Positions 1 through 11,623 of a stretch of 64,000 nucleotides of DNA are shown here, one piece after another. The notes under the pieces were generated by a model, which made no database searches, was not told the origin of the DNA, and saw only the letters and a list, made by a program, of their open reading frames with translations. Origin of the DNA: Caerostris darwini (taxonomy: Eukaryota); NCBI GenBank assembly GCA_021605075.1, contig BPLQ01015363.1, forward strand, positions 771,513 to 835,512, written 5' to 3'. Position 1 is the first letter of the stretch. Each line of letters begins with the position of its first letter. A program made the position numbers and the translations under genes.

Positions 1-1839
1 GGTAAAATATATACTTTTAAAAATCACTTTTTACCACAGTCAACAAATCAAAGAATTGTGTACCAAATTTAATATAATACAATGATAAGTTATATTTATA
101 AATGAAATAAATTTAAATTTATATTACAATTTTATATATTAAATTTTGAATAATTATACAAAAGACTAGACTGATGATAAATAAATGCAAAATTACTTTT
201 CAATGCAGTGTATACAACAATTAGAAATGATTTATTTTTAAGGACAGTTATTCAATTATGAATAAATGCTTATTAAATATAGAAAATCTATATAAATATT
301 TTTTTAAAAATGCGCTTATTTCGAGGATTGGAGTTCACACAATACATTTATTTTAAATCTATTACATATTTACTAACATTGTAATTTTCAATGAACTAAT
401 ACTATATCAGTATTAAACAGTACATTGAAAATATTTAAAAGAATATATAATAGAATCGAAAGGTACAACATGTCAGCTTTCATCATCATCATTATTAACA
501 GCATTCCTCATTGTACCCAATGGCGGAAAAGGCCTTAAGTTTGCTTCACCCTTCTCCGTGGTCTTATGCAAAGGTGTTTGCACTTTTCAAATGCCAGCTT
601 TAGTTCAACAACAACAACAAAAACATGCTGTGAGTTCCACTAATAGTTTCCGTGCTTGCTGCCCGTTTCGGTTGTTAATATGACTAACATTTATCGAAAT
701 TCTTCTGGTACTTTTATAGATTTAACATTATGCTGTAAGTTATTTGAGATAAAGATTGACATTTTATTGATGTAGGCATTGTTTGTTCGTTGAAGTTGAA
801 CTGGACTCTTTCGAATTTTCTTTTTAATATTAAGCATATGGGATGAAAATTCGTTTAAAGAAATATTAAGAAAATCATTGAGTTTAAAACACGTAATTAC
901 CAAAATTCACGAGGAACTTATAAATAAAGAAATATTGAATGGCAAGCGTAAAAATAAAAATACTGTTGGAAAACAAATTCTAACTTATTACCTGCCACAG
1001 TTTTCTTTCAGTTAAATGTTAATGTGTTTATATTAATTAATATACATTTTATTAAACTCTTTTTTGAAGTAATATCAGCCTTGAACCACAGCAGACAAAC
1101 TAGTTACACAATACTTAGTTGAAAAAGAGGAAGAAAAAAAAATAAAATAGTTATTTTCAGCATCTTTTTCTTTACATCTCTAAGTTTTCGAATTTTGAAA
1201 TTGTGATTTTTTTCCTTCATCATGTAAAATAAGATTGCTATGATTTTTGATTTTGCATTTCATACGAAACGATAAAAAAAAAAGATATGATTAAAACCTT
1301 TGTAAATTGGAAAATTATGATTCATGTTGACTTCGATCATAGTCGAAGGTTGAAAATAAAGATTGTTTTAGAACTTTATAGAGAAAAATATATTTATGAA
1401 ATTCACAATAAATCAATACTATTATCAATTTTAAAGCACAATATTAAAAAATGAAAGTTTCCTTATAAAATAAGTGTTTAACAGGTTTCGTTTTGTTAGA
1501 TTTATTACAAAAAACTAAATTATTTTTTAAAAATACAATTGAATTTAAATAAAAAATGTTATTTTAAGTTAAGTAATACTGTAATTTCCAGCAGCGTACA
1601 ATTTGTAGTCTTAATTTTTGATTTACGGAACTATCTGTTATTGCTTAGTTGGCATTAAAGGCATACATACCTTCCACCAATTAATTTCGTTTGTATTTGT
1701 GGATGAGATCTTAAACTAACATAACATTTTACATATTTTAAGATTGTTTTAGATGCTAAAATAATACAAGTTTGGCAGTCCAAATTCCCCTTCTTGAATT
1801 TCATATTCAAATAAAAAATTAGTCTTATTTATATGCGAG

Positions 1840-2400
1840 GACGTTTACATTGTATTTGAAAATATAAAAGCATATGAACTTTTGAATATGTCTGTCTACA
1901 TGAGTAGTCATGCATTGGTATGTCTATATATTTAGATTTATAAATGCATGAAGATATATATACATTGGTATGAATTTTTTTTTTCAGTGACCATATTTGT
2001 ATGCGTATATTTGTGCATTTTTTATGTAATATATGCTTGTATGTAACGTTTATGTATGTTCGTATGCATATGTATGTATGTATGTATGTTCGTATATATA
2101 TGTATGTATGTTCGTATATGTATGTTCGTATATATATTATGTATGTTCGTATGTGTGTTTGCATGCACTCGTCTATGTGATGCATGCCGGTACGTAATAT
2201 ATACATGTTCGTAATATATGAGCTTATGTAAAGTATGTATACATGCCTGCATACACTATATACATGCATACATACACCCATATATACATTCATACATACA
2301 TACATTTAAAAGATATATATACTCACACATATAAGCAGACACATATACATACTCCCATAAAGACAAATATACATACACATAAGCATAAAAACATACATAT
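1840..2400. repeat. Compound microsatellite or low-complexity tract rich in TATG/GTAT/TACA motifs
   Basis: Runs such as gtatgtatgtatgtatgttcgtatatatatgtatgtatg and catacatacataca are visible directly. Track ORFs 1829..2305 and 2022..2252 are translations of this repeat. Confidence 0.85.
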
Positions 2401-2465
2401 ACAGCAGTGTCAAAGTAAATAATTTTTATTCTTTATTTAAAAAAAATATGCTTGGTTTGGGAGAA

Positions 2466-3110
2466 AGGTAAAAAATGGCTTATTTAAAGTATACGCCATC
2501 ACTAGTCATACGTTCACCACATCTCTCTGGCAATTTGTGGATTTCATCCCAGAAAAACAATACATCTTTTGGAGTGGTTCAGTCATGATGCCATTTTTGG
2601 ACATCTTCCTATTTTGAAGTGTTTCATGGAAAGTGTTGAACTGTTTCATGGAAAGTGCATGAGACATTGATGAAAATAAGTGGTAATCGGAAGGGGTCAA
2701 GTCTGGTGAGTACAGCGAGTGGGGGAAGAGTTTCAAACTAAGAGCAGAAATGATGTCTCTGACATCTTCCGCTGTGTGTGATGGGACGATGCCGTCTTGC
2801 AAAATCAATTTTTCGTTTCTTGTAGTCCATTCTGGTAGCTATTCGATTAATACATGGTTTAAATTAATCATTTGTTGACGTTATCGAATGGTATTAAAAG
2901 TTTCATCTGTTTTCAGAAGCTCATGGTCATTTCGGTCATTTCCGGTTGTCCTGGACATTCTTTGCTTTTCAAGTCGAAATCACCACTTTCGAATCGTTTA
3001 AACCAACGCACACAAACGACTTCAGTTGGGACATTGTCACTATAAATTTCCACATGTATCACTCTCGTTTTTCCTTTGAATGAACAAGGAAAACCGTACC
3101 GAAATTACTC
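2466..3110 (-). mobile_element. Internally deleted mariner-like element; transposase pseudogene fragment
   Basis: The minus-strand translation of about 2935-3105 reads ...VRWFKRFESGDFDLKSKECPGQPEM..., which matches the conserved mariner N-terminal motif WFKRFxSGDFDLEDKERSGRP. Minus-strand ORF 2506..2808 contains LFPHSLYSPDLTPSDYHLFSSM..., which matches the mariner C-terminal signature LPHPPYSPDLAPSDYHLF. The central catalytic region is missing and there are stops and frameshifts between the two parts. The 5' end abuts the microsatellite that begins at about 3130. Confidence 0.8.
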
Positions 3111-3129
3111 TTGATTTGGCTCAAACTTC

Positions 3130-3700
3130 GATATGTTTACCACACAAAGTACATATAACGTATATACAGGCAAATATACACACATAGGCATATTATACAC
3201 ATCTATGTATATACAGACATTTATATACTCACATACATACAGATATATATTCACACACACATACAGATACACATACAGACACGCATATAGACACGCATAT
3301 ATACGGACATACTTTTGCACATATATATACAAACATATACTTAAAAAAAGCATGCACACATATGATTATTCTTTTACATGTACATACAGGGGCGCATTAG
3401 TATACATAAAAATTCGATCATACATAAATTTACATGCGCCTATATACGCATGCCTACATACTTACGCATGCTTTACGTATACTGATGTATCACATGTTAC
3501 GTATATTACATACATTCAAATATAAAAACAAGCATGCATACATATATACATGCTCTCATACAAACATACAAACTCTCGTATAGATATGCGTACATTCGAA
3601 CATACATATGCTTGCATACATAAATATACATACAATACACACACACACATAAATTGTATATAAACATACGGGCTCACTGAAATAGATGCAGATTAATGTA
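3130..3700. repeat. Compound microsatellite rich in ACAT/ATAC/CACA motifs
   Basis: Example run: acatacagatacacatacagacacgcatatagacacgcatat. Track ORFs 3133..3525, 3105..3359 and 3556..3741 lie inside it and are repeat translations. Confidence 0.85.
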
Positions 3701-5089
3701 TGAATACCCTCATGCATATTTATACATCGATCCATACCCATACCAGTATATGATTACTCATGTAAACATACAAATTCTGATGCACACATGGTTTACGTAC
3801 GGTTCATAAACAAGCATATACGCACGTCCTTGCATGTAAATACGCTAATATTCAGAGGGGTGACTTTGAAATGTAAAAAGGTAAATATGATTTGAAAAAT
3901 GATAAGTTTGGTTTGCAAAAGGGTGAATTTGGACTGTCAAACCTGTATAACATTATTATACATTAAATATGAGTTGTACATTAAATATGGTGAAAGTAGT
4001 AAAGGATATTTATGCATTAAAGAACAATGATAAAGGGGGCGTATTTCATAGAGATACAAGGCAAATAAAGGTAATATAAATAGGTAGCTTTGTTTAAGAA
4101 TGCATGAATCAATTTTAAAGTGTAAAAATTATAGGAAAACTTCAGATTTTGAACTATTTTATTATGACTGAGACAAATTTAAAAAAATTTCCATCAATTT
4201 AAAATTCTTGTATTTGCCAAAGAGACGAAAATATTAATCAGTATTACAATCAGTTATTAATTTATTCTTTCCGAAATAATTTTTAATTATTTGTTACTTC
4301 TTACAACTGTTTTTTTTATAAATCATTCACACGTTTTGTCGTACAAAGCAAGACTCAACTTGCTTTCTTTATTAACAATTCACAATTATTAACAATTCAC
4401 GTATCTTCCATAGTCTGAGTTTCCATAAGTTCCTCATTCTATTAAAATATTTGTTTATTTCATTCTCACAATATCTATTAACATCAGAAGTCTTTACTAT
4501 CTATTAACATCTGAAAATCTTTTCTAAATTATTAAATATTATACATTAAATATAGTGAAAGTAGTAAAGAAGATTTATGCACTAAAAGACAATAATAAAG
4601 GGGTCATATTCCATTGAAATAAAGACAAATAAAAGTAATATAATATATAAATGTATTATATGTAACTGTATTATATGTTTACTTTCTCAGGAATTTTTTT
4701 TACATAAAAAAAACCACAGATACCTATAAACCATAACATATTTTTAACGTATAATCTGTGATTATCAGGCAGAAAATTACTTTACATAGGAAATTGTACA
4801 ATCTGTTAATATTTATTACAAAGATGGTATTCACATTTACATATGCAAACAATTCTGTCGTTAAAATCCTTTGCACATTTGAATTTTTATTTAAGGTTAT
4901 TTTTTTGTTCACTATTTTATTTGGATTGATCCAAATATTGTAAAAATTATAAGCAGTAATTTATTTACAATTAAGGAGACATAGTTTAAACCACTTTATT
5001 TCAATATTTTGTTGTAAAAGACACGATATATTTTTACTTCTATGCAACATAATATATCTATCATAACTTAAATGTATTTTTAAATAAAC

Positions 5090-5690
5090 TTTAATATAAA
5101 TAAAAATTAAATATTGTTTTAATAACTAAAATAATGTTTTAAAATATTGTTTTCATAACTAAAATATTGCTTTAAAATATTGCTTAAAATATTGTTTTAA
5201 TAATTAAATTATTGTTTTAAAATATTGTTTTCATAACTAAAATATTGTTTTAATAACTAAAATATTGTTTTATAATATTGTTTTCATATTTAAAATATTG
5301 TTTTAAAATATTGCTTAAAATATTGCTTTAATAATTAAAATATTGTTTTAAAAAATTGCTTAAAAATTTGTTTAAAATATTGTTTTAATAACTAAAATAT
5401 TGTTTTCATAACTAAAATATTATTTTAAAATATTGTTTTAAAATATTGTTTTCATAACTAAAATATTATTTTAAAATATTGTTTAAAATATTGTTTTAAT
5501 AACTAAAATATTGTTTTAAAATATTGCTTAAAATATTGTTTTAAAATATTGTCTAAAATATTGTTTTAATAATTAAAATATAATTACTTAATTATTAAAA
5601 AAATTAAATATTGTTTTAATAATTAAAATATAATTATTTAATTATTAAAAAAATTAAATATTGTTTTAATAATTAAAGTATTGTTTTATA
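5090..5690. repeat. AT-rich minisatellite with units based on aaaatattgtttt(aataact) of about 13-20 bp, plus a roughly 57-bp unit repeated twice at about 5570-5690
   Basis: Dozens of consecutive copies of aaaatattgttttaa(t/a)aactaaaatattg are visible. The terminal part, aataattaaaatataattacttaattattaaaaaaattaaatattgttttaat, is duplicated. Confidence 0.9.
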
Positions 5691-7587
5691 TATCATGTAA
5701 CATTTATTTTTGTTAAATTAGTGTGAACGAAAATATTTTCCCTCATTATTGAACGATCCAGCTTCTCGTTTTATAAGGATCTCTGACTCACCGTGTTGAT
5801 ACTATAAATATAAATAAATGAAAAATTCTGGAAGCAATTTTCTTCTATCATCCCTTTTGAGGGAAGAGTTATTGCTTGTCGTTGGTCATACGTTCCTCAC
5901 AAAGCTCAGTTTAGCTAGTAAACTGTCAGTATTTACGTTTCTTAAATCAACGTAGAGGGTGCGGCATTCGGGTCAAAAGAAGTCTCCGTAAATTTACATT
6001 TGAGATCCATAAAGAATGTCAGAAGCACTTATTTTATCCTTTGAGAAATTAACGAGATTCTAAAAATATTCACGGTCCAAGTATTTCAGCATACTTAGGC
6101 GGAAAATAGATTTGACGTTGTATCTTTCATTCAAAACACCTCTGACTAATTTCTATTTGTTATTTAAAATTTAAATTTATACTTTACAAGAATATTGCAC
6201 ACTTATCTGGCCCAAAATAAAACTTACTCATTGTATTTATGGTCTATTCTTAAATTCGCTCAGGCCAGAACAGTTCAAGATTTTTTATGCTGTGAAATAT
6301 CTAACAGAACAGGAGTTTTTTTTCTCTTTTTGCAGCAATTCATGCATTTAAACTGTTTTCTAAGTATGTAAATTCGTTTGTTACATGGAACTGAATGTAA
6401 ATGTGTTTTTAATGTATTTGGATAGTTAAGTTGCAAGCATTTGTGCAAATCATTTTGTCTTTCCTTCAGATTATTTCCAATGTTTGGATATTTTGTTCAA
6501 AATAATTAGCATAAATATCTGAAAAAAATGCATAGCAATTTCTGAATAAAAATAAGAAATAATTTAAATGTAAACTAATTTTTAAAAAAACTTGAAAAAT
6601 TATATTAATTTCATATTTTACTCAATATTTATATGTTCAAAATTTTTAAGGTTTAAATTTTAATTAAAACAAATGACTAATAACAATTAATTTGATTAAC
6701 GCAAATTTAATTGACGTTGATTTTTAAAATTCTATATTGTGGGAAGTTGTGTTGACAATTTAATCAAAGTAATTTTTGTTAAAGAGAAAAAAATTATGAT
6801 TTATTATTATATCCAATGTTATTAAGTTACATCGAGTCTAACATATTTATCTCTTAAGGAATGAGATTCAAATTTAATTTGCAAGTATTGATTTCAAATC
6901 ATACGTATTTATTTATCTTGAAAAATTAAAAATTTTGAGGAAAATTAATTATTTAAAAAAAAATTATTAAATTCAAAAAATTTGTATTCAAAAATTTATT
7001 CTGTATCAAAAAAACTATGGATTTCAAAATAAAACAGGGCACTCAACTGAGCATTCATACTTAGAGAAATTGAATGCAATATTTTATACAGCTCAAAAAA
7101 TATGATATTACCTGGAATATTCATTGAAATTCGAGCTTTATGTAATGAATCTAATTTCAAATAGCATGCTAATCAACTTCCTCTTACAAATGATTCTAAA
7201 TAGGACAAAAGCAGTAAATGTTCAAAATTTTTTCTAGTTTGTTCTTTTTCTATGAACAGCAAACTTAATTCATTCAGATCTTTTTGGGTCAAAAAAGAAA
7301 AAATATTACTTAAATACAATTAAAATTAAAATGTTAAAAATGCATCTACTTAAATATTATCTCAAATATTATCAATTCAAGCAAGTTTGTATTTTGCATA
7401 AAAAGTGTGTTTATTTATGTATAAATTGGTGTATTAAACTGGCGAAAAATATTCCCCCTCCTTCTCTAAGATAAATAAAATACTAAAAAAGATCTGTGAG
7501 CATTTTGCTTATCTTATGAGGCAATAAAAATTTCTGTCTGTATATAAGCAAGTGAAAAGAAACAAATAAATGTGCAATTTAGAATCA

Positions 7588-7648
7588 TAGATCTTCATTT
7601 ACGTGAATAAATTCTATTCACTTAAATGAGGATCTATGATTCTATTAG
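7588..7648. repeat. Imperfect hairpin or inverted repeat immediately 5' of a tandem repeat
   Basis: gaatcatagatcttcatttacgtgaat...attcacttaaatgaggatctatgattc. The two arms are near reverse complements of each other. Confidence 0.6.
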
Positions 7649-7860
7649 GATCAGTTACATAGAAAAGGATACATACTCTATAGGATCAGTACATTCCTAT
7701 ACATATGTACTTTATAGGATCAGTTACTTAGAAAAGGATACATACTCTATAGGATCAGTACATTCCTATACATATGTACTTTATAGGATCAGTTACATAG
7801 AAAAGGATACATACTCTATAGGATCAGTACATTCCTATACATATGTACTTTATAGAATCA
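7636..7860. repeat. Tandem repeat, 69-bp unit in about 3.3 copies
   Basis: The unit aggatcagttacatagaaaaggatacatactctataggatcagtacattcctatacatatgtactttat recurs at about 7636, 7705 and 7774. Track ORF 7626..7871 is a translation of it. Confidence 0.9.
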
Positions 7861-8585
7861 GTTTCATCTGAAAGTAATACTGGAAGGAAATATCCTCCCC
7901 TCATTACTCGTAGGTGGGCTGCCCGTGGCATGCATCAGTGAAACGCGAGGCTCACAGATGTTCAACAAGAAATAAAATAGATCTTATTCTGGGTTGAAAA
8001 ATATATTAATTCCGTTATAATAGTAAACAAGATATGTGGGTTTGGATATTACATTAATTAACGTTTTAAAATACAGCTCTGTAAGAAAAATGTTATAATA
8101 ATACACACAATGCTCCTAAAATATACCTTTTTTTTGGTGAAAAATTATTTTTAATTCCTTGTTAAAAGATCTTCATATAATGCCACTAACTTCAAGTGCA
8201 TACAGAAAATTATTAAATTTTTAACCGTGTAAATTTTTGAATGGGTATTTAATGTTAAAAATTTAAAAGTGATAAAATAATTAAAGAATCATGATTTTTA
8301 TAGTAGAATGCAAGGGTCGTAGAAATACCACTTAAGAATTTATTAATAGATTATTAATTTATTAATAGATTAGATAGATTAGATTATTAATAGATTAGGT
8401 TATTTATTAATAGATTATTTTAAGAAATAACAGTATAATTTTGAAATTAGAAAAGAAAAAAAACCGATTTCCCAACTTCCAAAATACCAGTAATTCAGTA
8501 AAATAACCTTTATTATTTATTGGAAAAATAATTCGCAACTTTAAATGATAAAAAGCTTTTAATTTCTTATCTAGCATTTATAGAG

Positions 8586-8990
8586 GAAAAATGCAAAAAA
8601 CAAATAGTATGTTTGTTTAAAATTTTGTCAAATAAAAAGAATTTGCCAAATTAATTAGTTAATTAACTAATTTAAAATGTTGTCAAATAAAAATAAAATT
8701 TGTAAAATGAGCGATATTGATGATGACATAAAAGCATTAAAAAGTAAAAGTTTGTTACTTTTTTATGATTGTTTAATTTAATTTCATAATTTTTTTTTAA
8801 AAATGCAATAAACAAATACTATGCTTAAAATTTTATCAAATAAAATTTTTTTGTCAAATTAATGAATGAATTAATTAACTAGTTTGAAATTTTGTCAAAT
8901 ATGAATAAAATTTGTAAAATTGGTAATATTGCTGATGGCATGAAAGCATTAAAAAGTAAAAGTTTTTTACTATTTTTATCATTTTTTAAT
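8586..8990. repeat. Tandem duplication of an AT-rich unit of about 220 bp
   Basis: Copy 1 reads aaaatgcaaaaaacaaatagtatgtttgtttaaaattttgtcaaataaaaag...aaagcattaaaaagtaaaagtttgttactttttt. Copy 2 reads aaaatgcaataaacaaatactatgcttaaaattttatcaaataaaattttt...aaagcattaaaaagtaaaagttttttactattttt. Confidence 0.8.
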
Positions 8991-10479
8991 TGTATTATTT
9001 ATTTGGTTTAAAAATTGCTGATATTTCACTCCTTCTTCCAATTCTGACACATTGCATTTTGCTTTGCATTTTGTAATAATGAATTAAGAGAGAAAAAGAA
9101 CAAAAATGTTAAAATAAATTAAGAAACTATTGAAGGAACAAATATTAAAAAAAAATTTGATTTTAATTTTTTTGCATTTCAGTTTATAAAATCCTATTAT
9201 GAGCTGTAGGCGTCTATTTAGATGCATTTCAGAAATCACTCATTGGGATAAGCATATCTATTTAGTTAAACGGAAAATAAGCTTTCTACATTGGTTCTCT
9301 TCAAGCTTTGTAGAGTTACAAATATTTATGAAATATAATCACTACTAAAAATAATTCAGGTTAGAGTAATTTAAAATGATTAGTAACATTTTTTTATTTA
9401 AAAAAACAATTCTGATTTCTATTATAATCCCATAATTCTTATTTTTCACAGATGCCAATGTTTCAACGAATGTGATACGTATAATTTATTAATAAATAAA
9501 AATATTTTTTCTGGAAATGAAATGCTTTTTTACGTACAGTTCATGCTTTTCTAAATACTAATTTATTGTAGAAATAAATTGTTTAAATAAATTAAGTAAC
9601 TTTAAGTAAGTTAAAATTACATTTAATGTTCCATTACTCGTGTTCTATAATTTTTATATTAATTTAAAATATATTTATTGATTTTTCAGTGACTGCTTTT
9701 TTACTTTTTTTTTTAAAATAAAAACAGTTGAAAAGAGCAGACTTCTTGTAGTATAAATATAAAAATATTTAAATAGTTTGCAGTAAATTAAAATTCATTA
9801 AAGTTTAACATGAAAATAACTGTTTTGTTCCCTAAGCACTAAAAAGTGTTTGAGATTTACCTTCATAATTCCAATTAGTACTTATTTTCACAAGTGCTTA
9901 GTGCAAGTGCACAAGTACTTGTAAAAATAAGCACTTTCACAAGTGTTTTTCCAATTAGTGCTTATTTTCAATTAATTTTTATTAGGTCAGTTAAGCTCTT
10001 CAGAACGGCATACAGAGAAACTATTTTTTTAAATAAACAAATTCTGTAAAGTCTTAATCATTTTTTAAAAAATTATATTGGAATATAAATATTTGATTTT
10101 TTTTTCTTTTATTCTCGAATTTGTTGCCCAAATAAAGAATAAATATTCATGACTTCATTTAGTGAATTGCTTGTTTTATATTAATAGAATTTTTTCAATT
10201 ATTAAATGAAAACATATTTAAAATTTGAAATTCCCCAAAAATATACCATAAGAATATTACTAAAACATAAAATTGGTCTATAAGCACAAAAAGCCTTTCT
10301 TATTATCTTTAATGTAAGATAGCGTAAATAAATTTTACCTTGCTTGAATGGGTAAAGTTACAAATTATTATAGGTAATTATGTTTTAATCTAATAATTAA
10401 ATCTTACTCAATCACATAAAAAATATAACAACTTCCTTTTATAAATAATTTAATAAAAAAATTAAAGTTTAGATAAGAA

Positions 10480-10575
10480 TTATCTAAACTTTAATTGACA
10501 AATTAAAATTTAGATAATGCTTGACAAATTAAAATTTAGATAATTCTTGACAAATTAAAATTTAATTTTTAAAAA
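10480..10575. repeat. Short tandem repeat with a unit of about 27 bp (cttgacaaattaaaatttagataat) in about 3 copies
   Basis: Read directly from the sequence. Confidence 0.7.
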
Positions 10576-11451
10576 TTGGATTAGCTTTAGAAATAAATTA
10601 TTCGTGACATAGTTTAATATATGCTCAAAATTGAAAATACAATAAATAGTATATATGAATATTTTTTCGAAGTTATGCACTTGCCACAAACAAAACTGTT
10701 TTAGAAATATATGCTAGGATTTAAGTTTATTTTTTAAAGAAGAGAACAAATCCTGTCCAAAACTAAATCATATCTATCACAAAAAAAAAACTTGTCACTC
10801 TTTGTAAAAATATACGCAAGGATTTAAATTTATTTTTTAAAGAAGAGAATAAATCCAGATAACACTACATAGTAGCAAATCAAATTTATCGCATTTGCTT
10901 TCATTATTTCATATACGTACTATTTGTCGTTCAATTAAAGGCGTAGATTTGAATTCTCTTGTTAGTTAACAAAAAACTTGAGATCTCTTAGCAAAAATTT
11001 GCCTCAACAAACATATAATAAGTTTTAAATTAAAATTCTTATAGTACTATTGATTAAACTCAATTCACGTTTCCTAAAATATTGTGCTTTGAATTACAGT
11101 TTGAATTAAAGCACAATTAAAAAAAATTATTAACTGTTCTTGTATGCATTTGTGAGACAAAAAGTGTAACACGCTGAAACGGCGATTTTATTTAGATTCT
11201 ATTGCTGATTAAATCTTCAACAGTAGTAATTTGAAATTACAAAATGGCATTTGAAAGTATGAAATATATTTTTAATTAAAAAATTACAGATAGAGAATTA
11301 CTCTTACCAGATATACATAGTCATTAAAAACAAAGTCTCTGATCCCTTAACGCTGGGATTCCTAATGTTATCTCTTCAAAACTTCCTTGAAATTACATAA
11401 TGTTATTATTTCAAACTTCCTTGATATACTTGAAAAATAGCTAACTAAAAT

Positions 11452-11623
11452 GTGATTAGGTTTGTTGCTCTAAGGTAATTTTTTGCACACTTTAGACTAA
11501 TTAGACCGGGACCAACAGTTTAAAGTGGATATCGAACCCCTACCAATATCCATGCCACCGGCAGAATTCGAACCTGAATCCTGTGGTACCAAAGGCTAGA
11601 GTGCTATTGGCCATCAGGCCGCC
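11452..11623 (-). mobile_element. tRNA-derived SINE, copy a (tRNA-like head, core and start of body)
   Basis: The reverse complement reads gcggcctgatggccaatagcactctagcctttggtaccacaggattcaggttcgaattctgccggtggcatggatattggtaggggttcgatatccactttaaactgttggtcccggtctaattag...caaagtgtgcaaaaaatt. This matches the other copies at 49820, 51221-51504 (minus strand), 53143 and 59378. Confidence 0.8.

Noticed and set aside
1829-2305. Minus-strand ORFs of 158 aa and 76 aa (1829..2305 and 2022..2252)
   Set aside because: They translate a (TATG/TACA)n microsatellite into Y/I/T/H-rich low-complexity peptides with no start context. They are repeat artefacts.
3105-3741. ORFs 3133..3525 (+), 3105..3359 (-) and 3556..3741 (-)
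   Set aside because: They lie entirely within the ACAT/CACA compound microsatellite.
7626-7871. ORF of 81 aa (+)
   Set aside because: It is a periodic translation of the 69-bp tandem repeat (the peptide YSIGSVHSYTYVLYRISY appears three times).
11520-11623. Possible bona fide tRNA genes at the SINE heads (also 49820-49900, 53143-53215 and 59378-59450)
   Set aside because: Each has a GGTTCGAATCC T-loop-like box and a ...GGTGCCA end, but the D-arm and anticodon-arm lengths and pairings do not fit a cloverleaf. The same head recurs fused to a conserved non-tRNA core in at least 6 copies, and target-site duplications surround the whole unit. These are SINE heads, not tRNA genes.
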